Translations under genes and position numbers: made by a program | Notes under the pieces: generated by a model | What the model was told of the DNA's origin: nothing | What the model saw: the letters and a program-made list of their open reading frames with translations, nothing else | The model's database searches: none | In this document: positions 26,316-36,163 of the stretch, piece by piece | Layout of the letters: every line of letters begins with the position of its first letter | How positions within the stretch are numbered: position 1 is the stretch's first letter | NCBI GenBank assembly: GCA_964467575.1 | Contig: CAYXRG010000001.1 | Coordinates: 42,652 to 106,651, forward strand | From: an uncultured Caldilineaceae bacterium | Lineage (GTDB): Bacteria > Chloroflexota > Anaerolineae > Caldilineales > Caldilineaceae | Direction of reading: 5' to 3' | Length of the DNA: 64,000 nt

Positions 26316-26864
26316 TCACTCGCCAGGCTGCCATGACAGGGTGAAGGCGCGCTGCGCTTCGGTCTCGGGCGAAGGCCGAGCTGCGTCGGGCGTTTGTTTT
26401 CGCAGAGTCTGTATCGCCGTCATCAAGTCCTGGCCGCGCGCCAGCTCGTGCCGCGCTAAGAAACAGCCCACAACCGTACCGGTACGGCCGATCCCGCCCC
26501 AGCAATGGACGTACACCCGCTTCCCCTCATCCAGCGCTTCATCGATCGTGTCCAAAATGTCCGCCATCAGTTCCCGCGACGGCACGGAAACATCACGGAT
26601 CGGCAAGCGGCGATACCGCACACGCCGGCCCGCATCCTGCGCCAAGACGAGCAAGTCTGCGACGTACGGCCTCAACCCTTCCACGCCTTCTTCCGTGAGG
26701 TCGATATAAACGTCAACCCCGGCTTCCAGAAACGCCTTGAGTTTGGCGTTTGTCTCCGCGTAGGTTGGAGCGCCTGCGTATTCGCCGGCGAGCAGTTTGT
26801 CCGCGATCACCCAATACGAGCCAGAGATCGGTACGGGCAGACGGTCATTTTCCGCTTGAGCCAT
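26316..26864 (-). CDS. dual-specificity / protein-tyrosine phosphatase-like protein
   Basis: CX5R P-loop motif HCWGGIGRTGT. Length is 182 aa. Confidence 0.8.
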   Translation of the reverse strand: MAQAENDRLPVPISGSYWVIADKLLAGEYAGAPTYAETNAKLKAFLEAGVDVYIDLTEEGVEGLRPYVADLLVLAQDAGRRVRYRRLPIRDVSVPSRELMADILDTIDEALDEGKRVYVHCWGGIGRTGTVVGCFLARHELARGQDLMTAIQTLRKQTPDAARPSPETEAQRAFTLSWQPGE

Positions 26865-26935
26865 TAAGGCTTCTTCTCCCCTTACATTGCAACAGATTCT
26901 CCTTTGAGTGGGCGGCTAATCCTGCTATTCTTCGG

Positions 26936-27652
26936 CTACAGCTTGATCCGCTTGAATGCTTCCGCATATTCGAGCCCCTGTTCCTTGCCTGCAGCACGCG
27001 CCCGTTCTCGGATCCGCTCATCAAGTTTCTCAAGGTCGGTTCCTACCTGGCTGACATGGCAGGATAGCGCTTGGATTCTGGCGCCGATGGTCGACGTTAT
27101 GTCTTCCCAATGGTCGGCATAATCCGTCCAGAACAGGTAAACTTCGCGCACACGCCACGGATCTTCATCGCCAACCAACTGCTCCGCAAAAAGGTTCCAC
27201 TCTCGCGCCGCCCATATCGCATCCAACGCTGCATACCCCGCCGCGCGATGGTCCGGGTGAAGCTGATATGCCTTCCACGGGTCGATAGCCAGCACGATAT
27301 GCGGCTTGTGATGGCGAATGATGCCGGCCAACTGGCCGCGCAGTGCTAACGTGTTCTCGAGAACACCGTCAGCATAGCGCAGAAATACTACGTTCTCGAC
27401 GCCCAGAACCTCAGCCGCTTTGCGCTGTTCCTTCTCGCGCAGAGCCGCCAACTGACCTGGCCGAATAGCCGGATCATGGCTGCCCTTATCGCCGCTTGTG
27501 AACAAAACATAGGTGATCTGCTTGCCTTCCGCCGCCCATTTTGCCACCGTACCGCCGCATCCGAATTCGGGATCGTCGGGATGCGCGGCGATCACCATTA
27601 CCCTGCTCAGGTCCTCTTGTGTCTGGATGTTTTCCGCCGTCGTCGTCACCAA
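26936..27652 (-). CDS. PIG-L/LmbE-family N-acetylglucosaminyl deacetylase
   Basis: AHPDDPEFGCGGT and HPDH motifs. Confidence 0.85.
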   Translation of the reverse strand: MVTTTAENIQTQEDLSRVMVIAAHPDDPEFGCGGTVAKWAAEGKQITYVLFTSGDKGSHDPAIRPGQLAALREKEQRKAAEVLGVENVVFLRYADGVLENTLALRGQLAGIIRHHKPHIVLAIDPWKAYQLHPDHRAAGYAALDAIWAAREWNLFAEQLVGDEDPWRVREVYLFWTDYADHWEDITSTIGARIQALSCHVSQVGTDLEKLDERIRERARAAGKEQGLEYAEAFKRIKL

Positions 27653-27946
27653 ACATCTCCCTGCTAGTGTGTGGTTACTCTCTCCGGGGCAGCATTTGCC
27701 GGTTGCGCTATACGGCTAACCGACTATCATTCAATGCATCCCCCGGGCACATATGAAACCGAGTATACTTCTCACCTGCGACATCAGCCAAAGAACGGTG
27801 CGATAATATGTTCATAAAGCAAGCCAGCGTAGGCGTCCATGTCATTGGCGATTGCCGCTTCACCATAGACATCTAGTATGATAATCAAAGGGCCGGCAAT
27901 TGGCTCCCGGCTGTCCATCACCTGCTAGATTGAGATCGAACACAGC

Positions 27947-28870
27947 ATGAATCGCGGAATCCTCTACGGGCTAAGCGCTTACCTCATATGGGGCGTCCTG
28001 CCCATCTTCTGGAAGCAACTGCAGGCTATCCCCCCCTTCGACGTTGCCGCGCATCGCATCATCTGGTCCTTCGCTCTGCTTGCCGTCGCCGTCTCGTTCA
28101 CGCGCAAATGGGCTGCGATTCACCGGGCCGTGCGTGATCCGCGCACGTTTGTCACATTCATCGCCATCGCCGCCATCCTGTTTCTCAACTGGATGGTCTA
28201 TATATGGGCAATCAATGCCGGCCAGATCGTCGAGACCAGCCTTGGATACTTCATCAACCCGCTGGTAAACGTCCTGCTGGGCGTAGTGTTTCTGCGCGAG
28301 CGCCTGCGCGCTTTTCAGTGGCTATCGATTGGAGTTGCGGCATGCGGCGTGCTTTGGCTAACGGTTCGCTACGGGAGCCTGCCGTGGATCGCGCTCACGC
28401 TGGCCTTCTCCTTCGGCATCTACGGTCTTCTGAAAAAGAAGTCAAGCCTCGACTCGCTCGAAGGGTTGACGCTGGAGATGGGCATACTCATTGCGCCTAT
28501 TCTCCTCTTCCTTGCCTATCGCTACAGCCAAACCGAAACCGTAACCGGCCTTGAATCGCCGCGGCTCGCCGTGCTTCTATTGCTGACCGGCGTCTTCACA
28601 GTGGCGCCGCTTCTATTGTTTGGCGCCGGTGCGCGGCGCATCCCCTTGTCGGTTGTGGGCCTCTTGCAATATATTGCGCCTACGATACAATTGCTCATCG
28701 GCGTCCTGATGTACCATGAGCCGTTCACGCACGATAGCCAGATTGGCTTCGTACTCATCTGGATTGCGCTGGCCCTATACACGGGCGAAGGGCTCTGGCG
28801 ACGCCAACATAGACCCGGAAATCCGCCGTCCGCTGTACCGGCTAACCGTCCGGCTGTGTCCGGTCCCTAG
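27947..28870 (+). CDS. rarD: EamA/RarD-family transporter
   Basis: Ten TM segments. The N-terminus GILYGLSAYLIWGVLPIFWK is typical of RarD. Confidence 0.75.
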   Translation: MNRGILYGLSAYLIWGVLPIFWKQLQAIPPFDVAAHRIIWSFALLAVAVSFTRKWAAIHRAVRDPRTFVTFIAIAAILFLNWMVYIWAINAGQIVETSLGYFINPLVNVLLGVVFLRERLRAFQWLSIGVAACGVLWLTVRYGSLPWIALTLAFSFGIYGLLKKKSSLDSLEGLTLEMGILIAPILLFLAYRYSQTETVTGLESPRLAVLLLLTGVFTVAPLLLFGAGARRIPLSVVGLLQYIAPTIQLLIGVLMYHEPFTHDSQIGFVLIWIALALYTGEGLWRRQHRPGNPPSAVPANRPAVSGP

Positions 28871-28910
28871 CCTGCAGCATCGACCCGGCCGATTTGAAAG
28901 GAAGGCGTGT

Positions 28911-29243
28911 ATGAGTTTCGGCATCACAAAGACTATACCGGCAGGATTCGGTCAGGAGCGCGTCGACGCGCTCTACGACGGCTCTGTTAGCGAACACGAG
29001 TTTCACATGGCCGGCAAGCCGTCACGGCTCAAGGTAGGCGACTATGTCTACACCATCTACCAAGGCCAACTTGTCGGCAGGCTGCGCATCACGCGCATCG
29101 AATCTGGCGCGGTCAGCCCTAAATCCAGCAAGCCGCGCACGCTGATCTACGTCCAAGCGCCGGGCGAGCGTCTGCCCGTGCCGATCCCCAAACAAGGTCA
29201 CCAGGGAACGCGCTACACAGACGGCGCCGACTGGCCGCTCTGA
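28911..29243 (+). CDS. hypothetical protein (110 aa)
   Basis: ATG at 28911 preceded by a GAAAGGAAGG RBS. The ORF-track extension to 28716 overlaps rarD and is rejected. No motif was recognised. Confidence 0.5.
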   Translation: MSFGITKTIPAGFGQERVDALYDGSVSEHEFHMAGKPSRLKVGDYVYTIYQGQLVGRLRITRIESGAVSPKSSKPRTLIYVQAPGERLPVPIPKQGHQGTRYTDGADWPL

Positions 29244-29261
29244 CCTGTTGGCAGCCGAAAG

Positions 29262-31094
29262 ATGATCGTTCGGATCGATAGGCTCCGCGCCATGCCGTTG
29301 CGAACCGCATTCGGCAAATGGAGAGCGAAAAACCAGGAACTGTGCTTCTGGTTAAGCTTTCTGTTGCTCAATGCGCTTTTGTTTCTACCGTTCTATCTCC
29401 TCGACCTGGAATCATCCACCTTTCTGCCGCAGTTGTCCTTGCAGCCCGATCATCCCGTACGCGTCCTGGCCGAGCTATTTGTTCGCCGCGAGAATGCCGA
29501 CATCTTCCGGTTGAGTGCAGAACTGCTGGTGCTGGTCTCGCTCTGGGCGAATGCCCGACGCTTGCGCGGGCCCGCGCTGCGCACGACTATCATGCTTACC
29601 TACATCGTCATTCTTGTCTATCATATCTACGAAGGCGTGACCATCTCGCTGTATAAAGCGGACCCGGCATTTTATAATCAATACTTTCTTGCGAGAGACG
29701 GCATTCAGTTCCTGGTGCGACATCTCAACATCTCGCTGCCGGCGCTTCTCTTCGGATCGTTCAGTCTGATTGCGGTGCTGGGGGCTGTCATAGCGCTGCT
29801 CAGGACGTTGTTCCGCGGCATCGCGGTCGACGAACTGAGCAGGGGCTCACGCGTCACCCTCGCCGGCCTGGCGTTGGCGCTAGCCCTCTCCGGCGTAACG
29901 GCACAGCGCGCCTTCGCCCAGCCCGAGTCCGTGGTCAGCAGCCTCTTTCAAAAACTCAAAGCCAACGTGGGCGAGTCGATCCGGCTGTATCGAGATGTCA
30001 GCGCGTTCGACGACGAGTCCTTTCGCCGGGCTTACGCGCTCGACGCCCTGCAGCTCGTCGAGAAGCCGAACATCTATCTGATCTTCATAGAGTCCTACGG
30101 CAGCGTCCTGTATCGCCGGCCTGACTATAAGCTGGCATATACCGCCCTGCTTCTTGAACTTGAGTCGGAACTCACCGCCGGCGGCTGGCAAGTCGCCTCG
30201 ACGCTCAGTGAGTCAACCACATGGGGCGGCGGCTCGTGGCTTGCCTATACGAGCGCGCTTTTTGGTATGCAGATCGAGGCGCACCCTCAATACCTTGCCT
30301 TGCTGGACCGTTTTGGAGATGCCGAAGAACCCTATCCAAGTCTTGCCCGCCTGCTTCAAACCCAGGGATACCACACCGTTTGGGTCTCCTCAATTGCCGA
30401 AGAGATCACCGACGCGCTCTGGCAGCAATACCGCAACTTCTTCAGCATCGAAACCTGGATTCGACACAGCCAACTCGCATACGATGGCGTGCAGTATGGA
30501 TGGGGACCAGCCCCGCCCGACCAGTATGTGCTGGAATATGCACGGCAGAACATCATCAAACCGGATCCCAGGCCCGGCTTCTTCTTTTTCATCACGCAGA
30601 ACTCTCACTTCCCCTGGCAAGTCCCGCCGCTGGTCGCTAACTGGCGTGCGCTGCTCGAACTAGACCCGACCGCCCAGGAAGTCGATGACGAAGAGGAAGT
30701 TCCCCACCAAGCCTTGCGCATGGCCTACATGAACGCCATCGAATACGAGCTGCGCTTCCTAACGAGGTCCGTTCTCGACACCCAAGGCGAGGATGCATTA
30801 TTTATCTTTATCGGCGATCATCAGCCGCCGCGCGTCTCCAGGCGCAACGACTCCTTCGACACCCCGATCCACATCATCACACGCAACCCGCGTATTATCG
30901 CCGAGCTGCGTAGTCTCGGCTTCTATGACGGCTTGGTCATACCCGATGCCGCGTCCGGGATGAAGCACGAAGGACTATATTCTTTGTTGCGTTACCTGCT
31001 AGCCGCCGGCTATGGCGAGGAAAAAGCGGCTCTGCCCGCCTATCTCCCCAGTGGCGTGCCGTCTGTGGTTGAGGATGCAGTCGATTCTGACTGA
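29262..31094 (+). CDS. membrane-anchored alkaline-phosphatase-superfamily protein (sulfatase / LTA-synthase-like)
   Basis: N-terminal multi-TM region followed by IFIESYGS, ESTTWGGGSW, NSHFPW and FIGDHQPP, which is a sulfatase-fold pattern. Confidence 0.6.
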   Translation: MIVRIDRLRAMPLRTAFGKWRAKNQELCFWLSFLLLNALLFLPFYLLDLESSTFLPQLSLQPDHPVRVLAELFVRRENADIFRLSAELLVLVSLWANARRLRGPALRTTIMLTYIVILVYHIYEGVTISLYKADPAFYNQYFLARDGIQFLVRHLNISLPALLFGSFSLIAVLGAVIALLRTLFRGIAVDELSRGSRVTLAGLALALALSGVTAQRAFAQPESVVSSLFQKLKANVGESIRLYRDVSAFDDESFRRAYALDALQLVEKPNIYLIFIESYGSVLYRRPDYKLAYTALLLELESELTAGGWQVASTLSESTTWGGGSWLAYTSALFGMQIEAHPQYLALLDRFGDAEEPYPSLARLLQTQGYHTVWVSSIAEEITDALWQQYRNFFSIETWIRHSQLAYDGVQYGWGPAPPDQYVLEYARQNIIKPDPRPGFFFFITQNSHFPWQVPPLVANWRALLELDPTAQEVDDEEEVPHQALRMAYMNAIEYELRFLTRSVLDTQGEDALFIFIGDHQPPRVSRRNDSFDTPIHIITRNPRIIAELRSLGFYDGLVIPDAASGMKHEGLYSLLRYLLAAGYGEEKAALPAYLPSGVPSVVEDAVDSD

Positions 31095-31115
31095 CGGTTC
31101 ATACGGAGGCAAGTT

Positions 31116-31835
31116 ATGTCAACTTTTCGTCGTGTAGTGTATTCGTTCACAGCGCCAGCGCTTGTGGCGGTTCTGCTCGCAGCATGCAGCGCCGCTCCTG
31201 CTCCTACGCCGGAGCCAACGCCAGAACCGGCAGCCCCTGTCGTCGAGTCCGAGCCGGCCTCGGTTGGCGGATTGCGCACGTTCGTCATCGACTCCGCCCA
31301 GTCCAGCGCATCCTACATCGTAGACGAGGAGTTCCTCCCCGACATGCTGCCCAAATATGGCATCAACATCGGTCGCCAAGACACGATCGGCGTTACACCT
31401 GCGGTTGAAGGACAGATCGAACTGAATCTAGATGACCTAGCCGCCGCGCTGGGCGAGAACAGGTTCCACGCCGACCTGAGCCTTCTGGAAAGCGACCAGA
31501 ACCTGCGCGACCAATGGATCCGAGAAAACGGCCCCCAGTTTGGCGCCTATCCCGACGCCGTGTTCGTGGCAACCTCGATCGAGGGCGCGCCGGCAGCCTA
31601 CATGGAAGGCGATGAGGTGAGCTTTCGCCTGCTCGGCGATCTGACAATCCGCGAGATCACCAGACAGGCAGCATTCGACGTCACCGCGAAGTTGGAGGGA
31701 TCGACCCTCAGCGGCCATGCTGTTGCAGTCTTGATCATGAGCGACTTCGGCATCGAGCCTCCTAATTTCGCCAACACGCTCATCGTCCAGGACGAGTTCA
31801 CCATTCGTGTCGATTTCGTTGCCCACGAACCGTAG
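31116..31835 (+). CDS. YceI-family lipoprotein
   Basis: Lipobox VLLAAC, followed by the YceI-like pattern SSASYIVDE...GDLTIREITRQAAFDV. Confidence 0.7.
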   Translation: MSTFRRVVYSFTAPALVAVLLAACSAAPAPTPEPTPEPAAPVVESEPASVGGLRTFVIDSAQSSASYIVDEEFLPDMLPKYGINIGRQDTIGVTPAVEGQIELNLDDLAAALGENRFHADLSLLESDQNLRDQWIRENGPQFGAYPDAVFVATSIEGAPAAYMEGDEVSFRLLGDLTIREITRQAAFDVTAKLEGSTLSGHAVAVLIMSDFGIEPPNFANTLIVQDEFTIRVDFVAHEP

Positions 31836-31898
31836 CCCTTCAATCACCCAACCAGCATTCTAGCGCTCAACCCGCCGAATCGCACCCGCCAGAGGAGT

Positions 31899-32948
31899 AT
31901 GCTCGTGTTGACCATCCCTGCCCAAACCCTAACCGCCGCCGGCGTTGCACTGCTTAGCGCAGCCGGATTACCCGCCGAGCAAGCCGCCGTCGCCGCCGAT
32001 CACCTAGTCGAAGCGAACTTGGTCGGCCATGACTCCCACGGCGTGATCCGCATTCCTTACTACGTCGAGGGACTGCGCAACGGCGAACTTGCGCCGGTCG
32101 GCAGCCAAAAGGTCGTGCGCGAGACCCCCTCCACCCTGGTTCTCGACGCCAACCGCAGTTTCGGCATTGTCCTCGCATACGATGCCATGCGCGAGGCCGT
32201 GAAGCGCGCCCAAATCTACTCCTTCGGCGCGGTCGCGGTCCATCGTTCGGGCCATATCGGCCGTCTGGGCGCGTATCCGGCGCTCGCCGCCGATCAGGAC
32301 TGCATCGGCGTTATCCTCCTCAACGGCGGCGCGCAGTTCATGGCCCCGTTCGGCGGTACCGCGCGCCGTCTGCCGCCGAATCCCATCGCCATCTCCATCC
32401 CATGCGGTGACGCCTCGCACCTTATGTTGGATATTACTACCAGCGTAGCCGCCGGCGGCAAGGTGGACGTACAGCGAGCGCGCGGCCTGCCGTTGCCCGA
32501 AGGCTGGCTGATCGACGCCGCAGGCAACCCGGTTACCGATCCGGAAAGGTTCCGCGGGAGCGATGTCGCCATGCTTCCGCTCGGCGGCCCGCTTGGCCAC
32601 AAGGGCTACGGGCTTGCCATGATGATCGACGCCATCGCCGGCGGCCTCTCCTGGGCTGGATGCAGCGCCGAAAAGCCGACGCGCGGCGGCAGCGGCTATC
32701 TCGCCCTTGCCATCAAGATCGACAGCTTCATCGACCCGGACGAATACAAGCGCGAAGTCAAGAAATTGGTGGACTGGGTGAAATCATCGCCGTTGATGCC
32801 CGGCGTTACGCGAATCTATGTGCCCGGCGAGGTAGAAGATGAATCGCGACAGCGGCGTTTGGCTGAAGGCGTGCCCGTCGAAGAAGCCACCTGGAATGCG
32901 ATAGGAGAGACCGCAGCTAAACTCGGTGTGACACTTCCGGCCATCTAG
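31899..32948 (+). CDS. Ldh_2-family (malate/L-lactate dehydrogenase type 2) oxidoreductase
   Basis: GHDSHGVIRIPYY, HRSGHIGRLG and GGPLGHKGYGL motifs. The ATG at 31899 follows AGAGGAG. Confidence 0.8.
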   Translation: MLVLTIPAQTLTAAGVALLSAAGLPAEQAAVAADHLVEANLVGHDSHGVIRIPYYVEGLRNGELAPVGSQKVVRETPSTLVLDANRSFGIVLAYDAMREAVKRAQIYSFGAVAVHRSGHIGRLGAYPALAADQDCIGVILLNGGAQFMAPFGGTARRLPPNPIAISIPCGDASHLMLDITTSVAAGGKVDVQRARGLPLPEGWLIDAAGNPVTDPERFRGSDVAMLPLGGPLGHKGYGLAMMIDAIAGGLSWAGCSAEKPTRGGSGYLALAIKIDSFIDPDEYKREVKKLVDWVKSSPLMPGVTRIYVPGEVEDESRQRRLAEGVPVEEATWNAIGETAAKLGVTLPAI

Positions 32949-32975
32949 CGGCCGGCTCCTGTCAGCAATGCAGCG

Positions 32976-33010
32976 TTGCGGCGGCGGAGTCGAACGCTCC
33001 GCCGTCGCAA
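32976..33010. terminator. 14-bp stem hairpin (one G-T wobble) between convergent genes
   Basis: TTGCGGCGGCGGAG (32976-32989), loop TCGAACG, then CTCCGCCGTCGCAA (32997-33010). It lies between the stops at 32948 and 33050. Confidence 0.5.
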
Positions 33011-33049
33011 CTATCTTAACCGGCGTCTTTTCTTGATACGCCCTCCCTG

Positions 33050-34111
33050 CTACCGCACCTTGCCCCGCGCAAGTACAGGCCAAACAGCCTCGACGCGCCC
33101 AGCTCGCAAGGCAACAATCGCATCGTGCTCGTTCACACAGGGACAGGGATGGACCGGCAACACCTGGACGCGTTCCCCGATCTGCGGCTTGTGCGCACAC
33201 GCCGACACGTCGACATGGCCGTGCTCCTCCGAGGCCCCGTAAAAACGCGCTTCCGGGTACTCCACGATATAGCCCATGCTCTGGCCATCATCGACCCTGA
33301 TCGTCGAGGCGCTCATCGTCTTGCTGCCGCAGTCCAAGATCGCCCGCCCCTCTGTTGGCCTGCTCACCACCGTGGCGATCACGCGCAGTGCGCATTCCTC
33401 TACCGTATGACGGCCCGAGCGCAGATGCCCTTCTCCGCCGACGATATATTCACCCACGCGATACTCTGTCAGTTCCGGTATCAGATGCGCCTCGAGCGCA
33501 TAAGGCGTCCCCCCGCCGCTGACTATAGGACATGGAAGCCCTACCTGAGCAAATGCGTGGATCGTCTCCTGCAGAAACGGCCGCACTGCGGGCGGCGTCG
33601 GAAAGCCCATGATCCCGCGCAACTCCAGACCGGGCAGCGAATCGATCAGTTTACCCAACTCCAGCGCGGCCGCCGGCGTGGCGATGCCTGTGCGATTATG
33701 CCCGCATTCAAGCTCTACGACGACGCCGAGCGTAACGCCCCATTCCAGAGCTGCGGCGGAATAACCGCGTACCGTGTAGGCCGAATCCGCCGACGCTGTG
33801 ATTCGCGCCTGTCGCGCCAGCGCCATCAGCCGATCGAGTTTCGGCTTTCCGAGGATGTTATATGGGATCATGATATCGGTCTGCAGCCCGCCCCACACCA
33901 TCGTCTCTGCCTCGCCCACCTTCTGGCACGTTAGCCCTATGGCTCCGCCGGCCAGTTGCTTGGCCGCGATGGCAAGCGTCTTGTGCGTCTTGATATGCGG
34001 GCGCAGGCCGATGCCGTGCTCGTCAAAATAGTGCTGATAACGGGCGAGGTTGTGCTCCAACGCGTCCAGGTCGATTACCAGGATCGGCGTATCCAGCTCG
34101 TCCATATACAT
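33050..34111 (-). CDS. D-TA-family PLP enzyme (D-threonine aldolase / D-serine dehydratase DSD1-like, alanine-racemase-fold)
   Basis: TPILVIDLDALEHN and the LRPHIKTHK PLP-lysine motif, with a C-terminal beta domain. Length is 353 aa. Confidence 0.75.
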   Translation of the reverse strand: MYMDELDTPILVIDLDALEHNLARYQHYFDEHGIGLRPHIKTHKTLAIAAKQLAGGAIGLTCQKVGEAETMVWGGLQTDIMIPYNILGKPKLDRLMALARQARITASADSAYTVRGYSAAALEWGVTLGVVVELECGHNRTGIATPAAALELGKLIDSLPGLELRGIMGFPTPPAVRPFLQETIHAFAQVGLPCPIVSGGGTPYALEAHLIPELTEYRVGEYIVGGEGHLRSGRHTVEECALRVIATVVSRPTEGRAILDCGSKTMSASTIRVDDGQSMGYIVEYPEARFYGASEEHGHVDVSACAHKPQIGERVQVLPVHPCPCVNEHDAIVALRAGRVEAVWPVLARGKVR

Positions 34112-34254
34112 GGTAGTTAGCCTCCTTGCGGGTTGGTCGTCTTCGTCTATGCGGGTATGGCTTTCGCCCTTTAAGGGGCGGTATACAAGGCAGCGCTAAG
34201 CGCGGGCTCAAGACTGTAAGTTTGGACTAGATGCGCCAATCAACCAAACAAGGA

Positions 34255-34278
34255 CGGGCCTCACCGCAGTGAAGCCCG
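34255..34278 (-). terminator. candidate intrinsic terminator of the hydrogenase operon
   Basis: The minus-strand RNA CGGGCUUCAC-UGCG-GUGAGGCCCG forms 10 bp with one G-U pair. It is followed by the partly U-rich tract UCCUUGUUUGGUUG. It lies 38 nt after the hycI-like stop. Confidence 0.5.
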
Positions 34279-34315
34279 CCGAATCAGCAGACGCGAATTT
34301 TGTGCGCCGCCTCGC

Positions 34316-34876
34316 TTATCTCGTTTGCGTCTCAGAATATACAACAACATTCGTCTGCGCAGCAGCCGCAATCCCCGCGACAACCTGATCGACCGCAGAT
34401 GCTACGGCCGCGCTGAGCGGCGCGTTCAACGTCAGATCCGCCGGCTGAATGCCGATAATCCAAACCTCGCAACCCATTGTGACAGACATGAAGCTCGCCA
34501 AGGACGACAGCGGCCCGGTATGCGACGAAGCGCTGAAACCGGTCACGTCTCGCCAGTCCAGCCACCTCACAACGCCAGGTTCTGCATCCATGTGCGCCGC
34601 GTCGATGAGCAACACCAGGTCTGGCCCGAATCGCCTCACCGCGCCGGTGAAGTTCTCCGGCACATAGCAGGCCTCGATCACCAGCAGATGCTCATTCGAC
34701 AGAGCCTGCAAGCGCTTGGCGATCTCAACCCCGGCGGCGTCGTCCCCGAACAACGTCTGGCCGACGCCCATCACAGCCAGGCGTATGGGGCGCTCGCGAC
34801 AAGCCGGCGTCGACCGAATGCGGCTAAGTGTTGCTTGCAGCCAGTGCGTCCATGACCTGTTTGATGTCATCTTCAT
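34316..34876 (-). CDS. hycI: hydrogenase maturation endopeptidase (HycI-type)
   Basis: RLAVMGVGQTLFGDDAAGVEIAKRL and SSHTGPL motifs. The start is uncertain (ATG at 34876 or 34870). The ORF-track start at 35017 lies inside the upstream gene. Confidence 0.75.
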   Translation of the reverse strand: MKMTSNRSWTHWLQATLSRIRSTPACRERPIRLAVMGVGQTLFGDDAAGVEIAKRLQALSNEHLLVIEACYVPENFTGAVRRFGPDLVLLIDAAHMDAEPGVVRWLDWRDVTGFSASSHTGPLSSLASFMSVTMGCEVWIIGIQPADLTLNAPLSAAVASAVDQVVAGIAAAAQTNVVVYSETQTR

Positions 34877-35231
34877 TCCCGTACGTCTTCGTAAAGCCCT
34901 CGCGCCCTGCGGCGGCAAGTTCCCATTCCTCCGACGACATATGGATCGAATCGAATCGGCAGACCTGGAGGCACTGCCCGCAGTAGATGCATGCGTCCTC
35001 GTGCCAGCGCATGACAAAACGCTTAGCTTTCCTGTCTACCACGATTAGTTCCAACGCATTTGCCGGGCAGTCCTTCACGCACAGGTTACAGCCTGTGCAT
35101 TTATCCGGCGACCACGTCAACAGCCCGCGCGTGCGTTCAGGCGTCCGGCGTTTCTCAAACGGATACGCTTCTGTCGCCGGCTTCTTGAACAACGAGCGAA
35201 GCGTGTCGCCCACCATCGTACCGATTCTCAT
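34824..35231 (-). CDS. 2x[4Fe-4S] ferredoxin-type subunit (NuoI/HycF-like)
   Basis: CTGCNLCVKDCP and CIYCGQCLQVC motifs. The ATG at 35231 forms an ATGA overlap with the upstream stop. Confidence 0.85.
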   Translation of the reverse strand: MRIGTMVGDTLRSLFKKPATEAYPFEKRRTPERTRGLLTWSPDKCTGCNLCVKDCPANALELIVVDRKAKRFVMRWHEDACIYCGQCLQVCRFDSIHMSSEEWELAAAGREGFTKTYGNEDDIKQVMDALAASNT

Positions 35232-36163
35232 GAGAAGATGCCTCCCCTCGACATATCCAGCGCAAACAACGCCAGCCACTGCACCAGCACTGCCAGCGAC
35301 CCGTACCGCCACCACAAGCCGACCGTTTGGTCGATACGCAACCGTGTCATCAAAGCCTGGAAGCCCGCCAAACCGAGCAACAGGACCAGCGTCTTCATCA
35401 GATAGGCAAGCGGCGATGCGACTCCGCCAAGATAGAACGCAGCGATGAGCGTGAGGCCCAGCACAAGTTCTGCGCTCCGGCCTAAGTGGAACAATGCCAA
35501 TCCGCGGCCGCTGTACTCAGTCATAGCGCCAGCCACGATCTCGGTCTCGGCCTCAGGCGCATCGAACGGCGGCAGTTCCAGTTTCCCAGCCAGGCCGATG
35601 ATCGCAATCACGAAGCCGATTGGCTCTCGCAGTAACAGCAGATGGCTGCCCGCATATTCGTTGATCTCGGAGATCTGCCAACTTCCGGCGGCGATGGCAG
35701 GCCCAAGCAGGGCCAACATGAACGGCGCCTCATATGAGAACAACTGCGTCAACGTTCGCGTCGCACCGAGAAGCGAGAAACGGCTGCCCGTGTTCGCCCC
35801 GGCCAAGCCCATCGAGATGGTCAGCAAACTCAACAGATAGACCGTTACGATCAGGTCGCCCTGAAAGCTGAGGAGCGGCCCGATCCCGCCGACAGGCATG
35901 TACAGCGCCGCGGTCAGCGGGCCGGCAACCGCCACGATCGGCAACAGATTGAACAGCGTCGCGTTGACGCCGGTCGGCACAATCTCTTCCTTGACCATCA
36001 GTTTCGTAACGTCCGCCAGCGGCTGAAACCAGCGCGGACCAACGCGGTTCTGCTGGCGCGCCAGTATCTTCTTGTCGAGCCATTCGTACAAGATGCCATT
36101 GAACAGCAGAAACAGGCCGCTCGGGAAGATCAGGATGGCGCCAAGACTTAGTATCGTGTTCAT
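35228..36163 (-). CDS. NuoH/HycD-like integral membrane subunit
   Basis: QNRVGPRWFQPLADVTKL, the PFD(A)PEAE-type loop LPPFDAPEAETEIV, and 8 TM segments. The ATG at 36163 forms an ATGA overlap with the large-subunit stop. Confidence 0.85.
   Translation of the reverse strand: MNTILSLGAILIFPSGLFLLFNGILYEWLDKKILARQQNRVGPRWFQPLADVTKLMVKEEIVPTGVNATLFNLLPIVAVAGPLTAALYMPVGGIGPLLSFQGDLIVTVYLLSLLTISMGLAGANTGSRFSLLGATRTLTQLFSYEAPFMLALLGPAIAAGSWQISEINEYAGSHLLLLREPIGFVIAIIGLAGKLELPPFDAPEAETEIVAGAMTEYSGRGLALFHLGRSAELVLGLTLIAAFYLGGVASPLAYLMKTLVLLLGLAGFQALMTRLRIDQTVGLWWRYGSLAVLVQWLALFALDMSRGGIFS

Noticed and set aside
27784-27918. 44-codon minus-strand ORF (MDSREPIAGPLIIILDVYGEAAIANDMDAYAGLLYEHIIAPFFG) in the AT-rich divergent region between the PIG-L and rarD genes.
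   Set aside because: There is no convincing RBS and no recognisable motif. It is short and lies in a region that must hold two divergent promoters. It cannot be supported without conservation or expression data.
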